Below the pieces are notes generated by a model. The model made no database searches. It had not been told where the DNA came from and worked only from the letters and a program-made list of their open reading frames with translations. Positions 46,790 to 58,530 of a DNA stretch of 64,000 nucleotides are shown here, piece by piece; the first letter of the stretch is position 1; the number at the start of each line of letters is the position of its first letter. The position numbers and the translations under genes are program-made. The DNA is from Phyllobates terribilis (Eukaryota), in NCBI RefSeq assembly GCF_046119375.1, contig NW_027362771.1, positions 5,022,001 through 5,086,000 on the forward strand, read 5' to 3'.

Positions 46790-48040
46790 TTTGTGTAAAT
46801 AAAATGGAGACCAAATGTCTCATTGAGGTTCTGTGTCTGGAGATGTGCGGATCTCCAGAGTGTTGGTCTGTGTTGGGACTTAAGGACTGGACACTAATCT
46901 GACCGGGCGAACCCGCAACGTTGTATGGACATTTTACTTTGTGTTTCCACTTTGTGCCGGGAAAGCCTGTTTTTGTTTTGCTTCCTGAGTGGTTTATGTT
47001 GTTTAATAAGCCAGCCTGGATTTCATTGAAAACGCTTCTGTGCCTACCTCAACTGAAGCCAATTTAGTACCAAACCCTACAATTGGTGCTAGAAGCACAG
47101 GCACGAATCCCAAGGGGCAGTGTGACTGCTACAGAAAACCATATATGTCCTGGTTGAAGGCCGCCAGCCAGCAAGGGACGTCCATCAGCATAAAGGAGCT
47201 GATAAAGCGGCTGGTGCAGACTAACCTCCAGCAGCATCAATGGCAGCAGTGGCAACAGCTGATGCAGCAATTGCAGCACAAGCAGGAGATGGAGCTCCTG
47301 GCCAAGGTGATCCGTGGCAGGGCAACCGCCCCACCCACAACCCCAGGTGCTGACTCTCACGTGAGGAAAACATTAAGGAGAGCATTACAAAAGATGACCT
47401 CGGGTGATGACATCGAGGCGTTACTAACTGTCTTTGAAAGGGCGGCAGAGTGGGAGAAATTACCTCCGGAGAAGTGGGTGGAGGTTTTGGCACCATATTT
47501 AATAGGTGAGCCGCAGAAAGCCTACTATGACTTGGCCTTGCAGGATGCAAAAGAGTACGCCAAATTTAAAAATGGAAATCTTGGCACACTTAGGAGTTAC
47601 TCTGACTGTCAGGGCGCAACGGGTGCACCACTGGGCCTATTGCAGTGACAAACCTCCCTGGTTCCAAATGTTCGACCTCCTACACCTGGTCCAAAAGTGG
47701 TTGCAACCTGAGTCCTCCTCCCCAGCGCAGATGGTGGAAAGGGTCGTCATGGACAGGTTCATACATTCTCTGTCGAGGTCAGTGCAAGCCTGGGTGGCCC
47801 AGGGAGATCCCCGTAATGCCGATGACCTGGTGGGGCTGGTGGACAGGTACCAGGCAGTAGAGAGTTCCTTGGGGAAGCCAGGGGTCGTAGTGTCTTCATA
47901 CTGAGGGGAACTAGAGCCACGTCTGAGGGGCATCCTAAAGCACAGGAGGGGTCTGAGTTGCTGCCAAAGGTCCCACCCAATAGAATGTATGTTGGAGATG
48001 TCACACCCCAGGTCACATAGCCGCCTGTTGTTCCATGACC
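46790..48040 (+). mobile_element. gag: Truncated Gmr1 copy: partial LTR, degenerate PBS, SCAN-like gag
   Basis: LTR ends CCTACA at 47081, then ATTGGTG. ATG at 47145: MSWLKAASQQ...LQKMTSGDDIEALLTVFERAA...QMFDLLHLVQKWLQPE. Homologous to 38500-39499. Left boundary approximate. Confidence 0.82.
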
Positions 48041-48446
48041 AATGAGCCAATGGACTGCAGCACAGACTGACACTGCTCGTACTTTGCATATCCTGCCTGC
48101 AGTGCTATCCCCCAACCATACTCGGTCCCCAGCTGCCACTATTTCTCCCAGTATCGTCTCCGCGTTCCACAATCAAGGGTCCCTGAACATTACTACTGGT
48201 ACTTTTCTGTGTGAATCTGCTTGGCTACTATCAGCCTGTAATATTTCCAGTGAACTATAGTACAACGCCATGGTATTGGCACTGCCCACAGTACCAGTAG
48301 CGAAGCCATCCCCAATATCCTTCTCAGGAATTCTATTTGATAGATTGAGTGGCTGCCCAAATACATTAGTTTTTCACAAAGGAGCTGAAGATAGAGTGGC
48401 AGTAGGTGCAAGTTTCTCCAGCCTGTTAGATATCAGAGGGTGAACA

Positions 48447-48573
48447 GCAGCACATTGGCTCAGTGGTTAGCACTGAAGCCTTGCAGTGCTGGGATCCTGG
48501 GTTCAAATCCCAGCAAGGACAACATCTGTAAGGATTTTGTATGTTCTCCCGGTGTTTACGTGGGTTTCCACCT
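48447..48573 (+). mobile_element. tRNA-derived SINE 5' part (V-SINE-like)
   Basis: A box TGGCTCAGTGG, B box GGTTCAAATCC, then the body motif TTTGTATGTTCTCCC-GTGTTT-CGTGGGTTTCC. Confidence 0.8.
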
Positions 48574-49190
48574 CTGTGAAAAAGGAGCCATAGAGTGTCC
48601 GGAACCTTCCCACACACTTTTATTAGCCAGGACTGCTTCTCCGCAGGGTTGGACAGTCCCACCAGAGAATCATCAGTTGGGCCCTGGCTTCTCAATCAGG
48701 AGAGTTCATGGTGGCGCAAACTTTGCAGCAGCTATGGGACTCTTGAGCGGGGGAGAAAAGTGAGCCCTCAGAATCAAATCCTCTGGTGGGCTTAATGTTT
48801 TTCAGTTTGAAACCGTTTCTCAGTGGCAGTTGTATTTCACCACAGCCATATTCTTTAGCTTGGTGAAAGGACTGGCATAGAGGGAAACCGTATCTACTCT
48901 GGCTGTCATTTCTCCGTCACCAGGTTCCACCCATTGTCACACAAGACCATGCCTGGCTGTATGTTCAGCGGTGAGAGCCACAGATCAGGCTGCTGTGTTA
49001 CAGCTTTCAACAACTCTGCAGCGGTAGGCGGTTTGTCACCTAAGAATGTTATCTTAAGCACAGCCTGTTGCCTCTTGGCCAAGGCAGTGCGGCACTGCTT
49101 TTAGCTTGTGACTGATGTGGTCATTTCGAAGATGTAATGCAAGAACTCGGCACTCAGAATGTAGTTTAAAAATTTTATAGCCATAAAGAG

Positions 49191-49240
49191 AGTGTTTAAA
49201 CAGCATATTTTTCGGTCCCATGGACCTTCGTCAGTACACT
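49191..49240 (-). ncRNA. Hammerhead ribozyme motif (intact core, degenerate stem III)
   Basis: Minus strand AGTGTA-CTGACGA-A-GGTCC-ATG-GGACC-GAAA-AATATGCTGTTTAAACACT. Confidence 0.7.
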
Positions 49241-50228
49241 CTATAACAATAGAACCAGAAAAAATTATAAATACAATAAGTACATTGTGATCATGAAAAA
49301 TTGCAAAGAAACATACATGAATATAATACAAAGTAAGTGGCTCCATCTGGAGCTCATATTACATACCCAGATGAAGGTTGGTGCAGGATAGAGGTATGTA
49401 GCGTCATAACACGGTATCCACCGCTCGTTACGATGTGGTGCCAGTGACCAGGGAGCCCTGGAAGTCTTTTATCTGGCCGGTATGTAAAAGTGCTGCAGCC
49501 GCGGCCAATAGAAAAATCAGAATCCGTGGCCGGAAGTGACGTAGTTAGTTGCTAGGTATTGGTTTCTTGTGTGGTGACGTCTATGGCGTGTTCCACCAGT
49601 GCTGAAGTGTGCGTCCAGGGGCATATGCATTCCAAGAGATGCGTGCTGTGGCTAAATACATAGTATAGTGTGGATGGAAGCAGAATGGAATGTGAGAAAG
49701 ATGATAAAAAGTTTCAAAAATGTATAAGGACCACAGAGAGACGAGCAGTGGAAACCATGTTATGACGCCACATACCCAGATGAATGTATGCGCAGGATAG
49801 GGGTATGTGTCTTTCCTCCACCTTTGGGGCGCTATATTACTTTGCGGCTATTTACCTTTGCTCACTTTCCCCTGCAGACTTATACCCCCACTGGGAGACA
49901 CTGAGTCCCACATTTATCTCTTCTGAAAATACAGCCTCACAGGTATGCTCCTCCTTCTCCCATACCTTCTTGTTCCCTACTACTATTTCCCCTTTACTGT
50001 TTTGTCTCCCTCTTGTTTGCCCTCCCTTAATTATTTAATATATATTTTTTCTACATTAGAAAATATTATTTGGAGAGCTTCCTCAGAGCCCTATGGCTCC
50101 TTGTCCTGTAATATGAGCTCCAGATGGCGCCACCTACTTTGTATTATATTCATGTATGTTTCTTTGCATTTTTTTCATGACCACAATGTACTTATTGTAT
50201 TTATGATTTTTTCTGGTTCTATTGTTAT

Positions 50229-50280
50229 AGTGTGTACTAATGAAGGTCCATGGGACCAAAACGTCTGCTGTGTAAACACT
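50229..50280 (+). ncRNA. Hammerhead ribozyme motif (mutated core, intact ACGT/GUC site)
   Basis: AGTGTGTA-CTAATGA-A-GGTCC-ATG-GGACC-AAA-ACGTC-TGCTGTGTAAACACT. Confidence 0.65.
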
Positions 50281-50422
50281 CTTTATGGCTATTACATTTT
50301 GAAACTACATTCCAAGTGCCGATTTCGTGCATTACATATCTACTGGCGTTGGACCCTTCTTGAGCACCATATATAAAGGAAGTGCAGTGATATTCTACTT
50401 TATTTGATGTACTCCAGTCCAC

Positions 50423-53400
50423 TTGCACCCTACTGTGTCAAGTTGTCACAAGTTTTGTCATATAATGCTGAAGAAGCCTCTAGCATCAAGTGATTTCTTA
50501 AAAATCCCTCCAAAGGAGACGCAAAGTCAAGATTTGGAGAAGGAGAAACGACATTTGGTAAATATTGAATTACATTGTGCCACTTTAACCCAATATCTTC
50601 GGGCACAACAGATCCCACGTGGCCTTAGGGTTCCCATAAGACCAACATTATTTAAGGACCAACAGATTATTGCATGAGATTTGAACAGATATTAAACAAA
50701 TGCTCGTTTAACCTGATGACATTAACCGTTGATCATTTACATATAGCGATTAAATCAACAAAGGAAGAGATCACTAACATTGAGAGTCAGCTATCTTCGA
50801 CCTGCTCGGCTGATGAAATTGCTGTTTTAAAAAACAAGATTAAAACCACCATAGACCAGCATCGACGGGATATGGAACAGAGAAAGAGAGCTAGATTCAC
50901 CAGAGACGCAGAGGACTATGAACTAGATAGGGTGTACAAATGGCAGGACAAATTTGTTCCCAGAAGAAACTTTTATAGATCCAACAAATCCTCATCTGAA
51001 CCGTATATTTCGGACTGGGATTTGGAACGCAGAAAAACCTTTACCAATCCTTCTCAATTTAGGTCAACGCAAACGCCTATCCAGGTGAAGAGGACCCGGT
51101 GAGGCGGCCAGCACAAGAGAACACACGGAATCATACAGAGTAACCCGATCCCATGTACATCACTGGTAATGAATATTTCTTCTCGGTCTCTAGGAATAGC
51201 AGAATTGTCTGTATTAGAGAGAGGACTATATTTTTGCCCTATGTACAGGTTGTGAGGAGCTGCCCACTTACTAAAGACGATGATACTTTTCCAGCAACGG
51301 ACCACCATTTTTGTCAATATTATTATTGTGTTTTATTAGTGATTTATACTTGTTATGTTTTATATAATTCTGCTTACTTGTCAGTATGTAAGATTCTCTT
51401 GTAAAATGTCTAGCATTCCACTAATCTCATCTCTATCTCAGGAGTCCATTGTTTCAACAGCCAATGGTCTCATTGTGTGTGTGTAGGTTGTGGACACAGT
51501 GGAGCCGTCACCACAGGGGATCTTACATGCAGTCTCAGATGAAGGCTTCTAGAATATTCTTCATTGTTTTAGCAAACAGTGAAGTTTAAGGGGGAGGGGG
51601 ATCACTTCTGTCCTGGGAGGGGACTGATCCCAGTGGAAGAAAGTGGAGACATGTTTTTGACAGTTGTATGGAAGGATTGAAGGAAGAGGATGGAGACCGT
51701 GGACTTGGAAGGATGAATGGATAAACATGTTACCATTATGGATTATGTCGTTTGGATTTACACTTTCTTAAAAGGACTGCTGCTACTGGATACCTGTGCT
51801 TTCATCGTTTTATCTGCCGTACAGACTATACTGGCTGGAGATACGAAATCTGTGGGCCAACCAAAAGTTGGGAGACAGTGAGTATGGCCTTATACAAAGC
51901 CAGTGGAACTACTGAACCCAGATTGGGAATTTGATGACTGAGAAAACTGTATTTTGGCTATTAACCTGGAATTGCTTTATTACCATGGCTGTGATCAATA
52001 AAATATTGTTGCATCGTTAACCTGACTAGGTGATTACTTACAACCCACAACCTCAGATCTCTACACAGGTATAGGACATTTTCTTTAGACATGGAACTGC
52101 AGAGGTTTTATTGTACACTTAGACAAAGTCCACTTCTCTGACCCATCCACCTCCACCACAGCCCCTATGACCCCAATATGTTCACCAGCTATCACTGCGG
52201 GACAACTTGGTCTCTTTTCCATTAGCACCTACCGCCCACTTCAAGGAGGCCCGACCTTGGAAACTTTTATTAATTTTGTTGATAAATCTTTTCAGGACCT
52301 TTGCAACAACATCAGAAGGGGTAAACTCCACTCCAACTCCAATTTTACTCCTCAACAAGCGCTCAGATCCTTAAAAGAGGACAAATCAATCATCATTAAA
52401 CCTGCCGATAAGGGTGGAGCCATTGTGGTAATGGACAGGGTTGATTATGAAAAAGAAACTCTCAGACAATTGGGGAATGGATCAGTATACACTAAACTCC
52501 CACATGATCCCACCTGTGAGTTTAGCTCCCAGATCTCAACCATTTTGGAGAAATATATCGGGAATTGTACGACTGACCAAAAAACAAAAGAATTCTTGAC
52601 AAATAAACATCCCGTGATTCCGCTATTTTATATCTTGCCCAAAATCCATAAGTCATTGGAGAATCCCTCTGGCCGCCCAATAGTAGCATTTACAGAATCA
52701 ATCTTTTCAACTCCAAATTTCTTGAAAAAATATTTACTCATATTATTTAAAAAAACTCCCTCGTTCCTACTGGACACGGGTGATTTTCTTCATCACATCT
52801 ATGATCTACAATGCATTCCAGTCGATGCTATCTTGGTCACCATAGATGTAAAAGATCTATACACTTCCATCCCACATACGAAGGGAATAAATGCTACGAA
52901 AGAATTATTGAAATATGTCTGTATTGAGCTCCTGACCATGATTCTCACAAAAAACTATTTCATGTTCCAGGAGTCCTTCTTTTTGCAGAACAGAGGTACA
53001 GCAATGGAGTCCAATGTGACCCCCCCATATGCAAACTGCTTTATGGCTTAATTTGAGGAACAGGTGGTTTACCCTAATACACTGTTCCAAAGCCATGCCA
53101 TCCTGTGGAAACATTATATAGATTATATTTTTTGCATATTGGGGGGCACTCTGGACTCCCTCAGAATCTTTTTCTCCACCCTTGATTCCACATGGTCTGA
53201 ATTACGGTTTATGTCCTATAACAACCAGCAGATTAATTTTTTGGACACCATGATTATAAAGGACGCTGGGGGTCATTTATCAACAGATCTTTATTCAAAG
53301 CCAATTCAGGAGGGTTCAATGGATTGTTAAAAATCCGGACCTATGTACAACATGTTTGAGAGAAATGTAGGCCAAGTTCAGGGAACGGGGTTATCCGGAT

Positions 53401-54122
53401 AGGATGCTACAAGAGTCCTTAAAACCTACCATCTCCACATGTCCTCCTGAGATGGACAGGATTCTCTTTGTACACACATACCACCCTTTCTTGTATATTA
53501 TACATCGCTGCATATGGAAACATTGGGGTATTCTCGGTACTGCATACCCCCATATAAAAGAATTCATAAAACCTTTTCTTCCGTGCTTTAAACAAGCTCC
53601 AAATCTCAGGGACACCTGGTACATTCTGATTTTGGCACTGTACAGACTAGGAGACAGAAAATTTTACAGACTCCTAGAACCCTGACATTTCCATGTCTTC
53701 AGTGCAGACAGTGCAATAATGTACAAAAGAGTAACCAAATCTGTCACCCATATACGGGCAAAAAATATATGATTAAAGATTTCACCTCATGTGATACCTC
53801 CTACGTAGTATACTTAATTAAATGCCCATGTGGCCTCCTGTACATTGGGGAGACTACACAACCTGTGAAGGAGAGAATATAAAAACACAAATCTACAATC
53901 AGATGTAAAAATACCCTGCTACCGGTCCCCTACCATTTCATTTCTTCAGGACACAATGTGTCACAATTAAAATTCCAAATAATTGAACATGTTCCCCTAC
54001 TGAGACAAGGAGGAGATCGGATACGATTCCTGAAATACCGGGAAGCCTTTTGGATCCATGAGTTGCAGACCCTGGCACCAAAAGGCTTAAACCGGGATTA
54101 TGATCTGTTATCATTTATTTGA
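50423..54122 (+). pseudogene. Penelope-like RT + GIY-YIG ORF, fragmented
   Basis: IIKPADKGGAIVV, FYILPKIHKSLENPSGRPIV, IDVKDLYTSIPH, QNRGTAMESNVTPPYANCFM, VVYLIKCPCGLLYIGET, REAFWIHEL...PKGLN. About 640-bp unassigned insert near 51430-52060. Confidence 0.9.
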
Positions 54123-54755
54123 ACATCATGCGTTATACTCTTTTCCTCTTTGATTTTTTATCTGTGTACCCATATGGCTGTTAAAATATGTGACTCCATA
54201 TCCTTATTAAGTGATATGAATGTATCTATGGAATATTGACATCTTTTTCCTTCTTTTTCTAGACCCAGAATTAATTTCCTGTTACTCTACTCTTGACCAC
54301 TAAACTCGTCCCTCTGTGGTCTTTATAAGTTTTTGGAACCTTTTATCATCTTTCTCACGTTCCATTCCGCTTCCATCCACACTATACTATGTATTTAGCC
54401 ACAGAACGCATCTCCTGGCACTCATATGCCCCTGGAACGCACACTTCCGTACTGGTGGAATGCACCATAGATGTCACCACACAGGAAACCAATCTACCTA
54501 ACAACTAGGCCGCGGACTCTGATTTTTCAATTGGCCGCGGCTGCTGCACTTTTACATCCCGGTCAGATAAAAGACTTCCGGGGCTCCCTGGTCACCGGCG
54601 CCACATCGTAACGAGTAGTGTTGAGCGAGCATGCTCGACACTGCTCGGTACTCGCTCGAGCATCTCACTACTCGGGATGTTCAGCGAGCACCGAGCATTT
54701 CCGGGTTACTCGGGCGGGAGCACGGGTCTCAGCCCTGCATGTTTGCAGGGCAGAG

Positions 54756-54884
54756 CCAATGAACATGCAGGGATTGCCAGATAGTCACTGTAATGCCGCA
54801 ACCATGTTGTTTGTGGGCATTACAGTGATTGGCTGGCCGCACAACGTCACCTCGAGTATTTAAAACCAGGCGCCGCCATCTTGG
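54756..54884 (+). promoter_or_regulatory. Putative hAT promoter
   Basis: CCAAT 54756-60, ATTGG 54828-32, ACGTCA 54844-49, TATTTAAAA 54857-65, GCGCCGCCATCTTGG 54870-84. Confidence 0.55.
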
Positions 54885-55423
54885 ACACAGTCGCTCTGGA
54901 TCAGACAGTGTAGGGTCAGTGCTGCTGAGTTAGGGAGAAATATATAGTGCGAAATAGGTAGTGTAGGGTCTCTGAAGCCTGCCAAATCAAACAAACAATC
55001 CTTCTCAGGACTAATATCCATCCCAGATGGCAGGCAGGCTGTATAGGAGACGCAGTGGTTATACCAACAAACACTGCATTACAGTCCTGTGTGCTCCTGC
55101 TGGTCAAACTGCTCGACTTATCCCCAGGTCTCAGGGGCCAGAAAAAAATTCTTTATTTTTTCATCTAAATCCTGTTTTGTTTTGTTTTTTCCTCAGTCAG
55201 ACTGTACAAATACACGTCTTATTAACCTTTTGGTATTTCCCCCCCCCCCCAAAAAAAAAACAGTGTGTCTGTGAGTGTTCAGACACAAATATATCTGTTT
55301 AAAAGAGTCTGGTGTAGGCCAGATAACTAGAGCTGTGTTTTTCCTCTTCCACGGTTCTAATCTCCATTTTATTACCCTTTTGCCATCGATAGTGTGAGTG
55401 TAAGCTATTTTACGTCATTTACA

Positions 55424-58100
55424 ATGGGCAAGGCGCTTGGCAAGGGATGTGGAACTGGAAGTTCTGTTAATGGGGCGTGCAGAGGACGGGGCCGTGGCCA
55501 AGGTGAAAATGTGCCACAACCAACAGCCACATCTTCTCGCTCCCAGTTCTTGACTGAATTACTAGGGAAGCACACAACAACAAGACCACTATTGCGAACT
55601 GATCAGTGTGAACAGGTTATTAATTGGATAGCAGATAATACTTCCAGTCACCTGGGCACCACCACCTCCGGTCTGTCTTCCACACGGTCAAGTCTTAGTA
55701 GCCGTGAGTCTCGACCGCATACTCCTCCTCACCCTGATGCTCCTTCCTCCCACCATGGCAAATGTCGTCAGAGAGCAACTGATCCCACAGTTGGCCACTC
55801 TGAAGAGCTGTTCACTGGTCAATTTCCATATTTGGGCCCCTTGCCTGCTCCGCATGAAGTGGTGGAAGAGGAGATCCCATGTAGCGATGACCACAGGAAG
55901 GCGACGCTGGCAATTTGTCACAAGAAGTGGATGATTGCCACAAAGTGAGGAGGAGGACCGTGGTGTGGAAGTGGAAGAGGAGGAGGTGGTGGATGATCTA
56001 GTAACTGACCCAACGTGGCAGGAGGACACGCAGAGCGAGGCCAGCAGCACACAGGGGCAGGGAGGTAGAGTACCCCAACAGGCAGGAAGAAGCAGTGTGG
56101 TGTCCGCAGACAGAAGGCGGGCAACCGTTCCCTGTAACACCAACATGAGGGACGTTGCCAGTACAACCGGTAGGTCTTCCAGAGTCTGGAATTTTTTTAA
56201 AGACTCTACTGATAACCCCAAAAAGGCCATTTGTACCACCTGCCAGGCCAGCATCAGCAGGGGTGACAAAACTACCTGCCTGGCCACCACCAGCATGATC
56301 AGGCACATGTCAGCAAAGCACCCGACTTTGTGGGGCTAACCCCAGGGTCCACGACCAGTGTCAGCGGGTGTCACCACTGCTTCTTCCGCTGTTGTGCGTG
56401 TAAGAGAACCCCCTGTTGTGCATGCAAGGCAATCCCATGTCCATACTGCATGCAAAGATGCCCCCTCCTCAGTCTTCACTTGCCATGGCAGTTTCTCAAG
56501 AAACAGCATCGTCCATGTCCCACCGCAGCGTTCAATTGTCCATATCGCAGACCTTTGAACGAAAGTGCAAATTCGCAGCCAACGCCCCACAGGCCACAGT
56601 CCTAAACTAGCACATCTCACGACTGCATGCATTGGAAATGCTGACTTTTAGGCTGGTGAAGACGGAATCCTTCCGCAACCTTATGGCGGTGGTCGTCCCT
56701 CAGTACTCGGTCCCCAGCCGACACTATTTTGCCCGGTGTGCCATCCCCGCACTACACAAGCACATGTCCTAAAACATCTGCCGTGCCCTCAACAGCGCAG
56801 TTACTGGGAGAGTCCACCTGACAACGGACACGTGGACAAGTGCTTGTGGCCAGGGACGGTACATCTCCCTGACGGCACACTGACATGACATGTTGCAAAG
56901 GATTTGTGAGCACAAATGTGCAGTTGTGGAATACCAGCTGCAACAAGGCCGTCGATATTCAGGTCAGACTCCACACATAAGACCTCATGAGTGGACCAGG
57001 ATGTCTGACATATGTACCATCCTAACAAACTTTGAATGGTGAGTGGCGATGACACCATCATTAGCGTCAGCATCGCACTTGTCTGTCTTTTGCAACGCTC
57101 TCTGCAGAAAATTAAAACGGAGTTATTGCAGCAAGAGTATGATGAGATGGATCAAGAAGCCGTAGCGGGCGATTACACACAGCCCAACCTCATCTCATCC
57201 CAACGTGCATTGGGGGACAATGAGGGAGAGAAGGAGGAGGAGGAGGAAGAACAGGAGCTGGTATCATGCACTGTAGACAGTAGTACCTGTACAACTGTCA
57301 TATCGTCGGTTCAGCGTGGGTGGCCTGTGGACATGGCGGAGGAGGAGGAGGAGAGCATGGTCAGTCGTCATCTTGGTGAGGACACGGAAGTCTTGCCCGT
57401 TACCACTCTGCCACGCATGGCTGACTTTATGCTGCCTTAACCGTGACCCTCACGTTGTAAAAATGTTGGGTGACAGTCATTACTGGTTGGTGACACTTTT
57501 AGACCCCCGCCAAATGGAGAACTTTCACTCTCTTATTCCTGAGGTGGAGAGGTCTACAAAAATGGGGAAGTACCAGAAGGCCCTTACTGCAGAACTGTTA
57601 TAAAAATTCCCATATGAACACGCTAGCGGCAGAGGTCACAGTTCATTGACCAACAAAGGCGTACAGGTGAGAGAGACGCAACTCCAATCTAGCAGAGGCA
57701 GGGGAACACTGTCAAAGTTCTGGGAGAGTTTTCTGAGACCTGCCCAGCTTACAGGCCCTGAGGCGCGGGGTACTCTCACAAAGAGTGGAAAGTTTCAAAA
57801 GATGGTGAGGGAGTACCTTGCCGACCGCACCAAAATCCTCCATGATTCCTCTGTGCCTTTTAATTATTGGATATCCAAGCTGGACACTTGGAATGTACTC
57901 GCTCTGTATGCCTTGGAGGTCCTGGCCTGCCCTGCCACTAGCGTGTTATCGGAGCGTGTTTTTAGTGCCGCTGGGGGAATTATAACTGATAAGCACACTC
58001 GCCTGTCAACTGACAATGCTAACAAGCTGACCCTTATCAAAATGAACAAGGGATGGATTGGGCCAGACTTCTCATCACCATCAAATGTCAGCAGAGTAAC
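55424..58100 (+). pseudogene. hAT transposase with BED finger and internal deletion
   Basis: BED WNFF...CTTC...RHMSAKH; HLTTDTWTS...YISLTAH joined near 56884 directly to the HMLQRICE region, so DNG, CxxH and TRWNS are missing. C-terminal YWISKLDTW...ALEVLACPATSVLSERVFSAAG. Confidence 0.9.
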
Positions 58101-58306
58101 AAAGTCAAATCCACTGTGTTATTTTGGGAGGTGTATTCCCATGCACCGCTTCACACCCACATATGGGTATACGCTTCCTCATTTCGGCTGTTTTTTGCTC
58201 TTCTCCTTATCCTCAGCCTCCACCACCACTATACCACCAGGGTGACCGTAGTCCATGCTGCCAGCATTGCAAGTTTCTCTGTCCCAATTTTTGGCAGCTT
58301 TTGATT

Positions 58307-58530
58307 GGAAGGCATAGGCAAAGACTATGGGAGACCCACTCTCCCATAATGGGAATAATGTTTTTAATATGCTGTAGTGCATGGCTCTTGTACGGGGCAT
58401 TGCAAATTCCTTCGTCCTAATTTTTGGAAGTTTTTGCCTGGAAGGCATAGGCAAAGACTATGGGAGACCCACTCCCCCATAATGGGAATAATGATTTTAA
58501 CATGCTGTACTGCATGACTCTTGTAAGGGG
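58307..58530. repeat. 133-bp direct duplication before the satellite
   Basis: GGAAGGCATAGGCAAAGACTATGGGAGACCC at 58307 and 58440. Confidence 0.85.

Larger units (their letters stand above)
49105..54615 (+). mobile_element. Penelope-like element with inverted 5' pseudo-LTR
   Basis: 49115-49345 is the reverse complement of 50108-50340; 49400-49745 is the reverse complement of 54290-54615. PLE ORF remnants lie between. Confidence 0.87.

Noticed and set aside
48180-48420. LINE RT C-terminus from FLRRILG on the minus strand
   Set aside because: A single short motif; no other RT features, so left unannotated.
48447-48520. tRNA gene
   Set aside because: A and B boxes are present, but there is no acceptor stem and the sequence continues into a SINE body motif.
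49345-49385. CAGATGAAG motif as a further hammerhead
   Set aside because: The core is CAGATGA rather than CTGATGA, and there is no stem II followed by GAAA.
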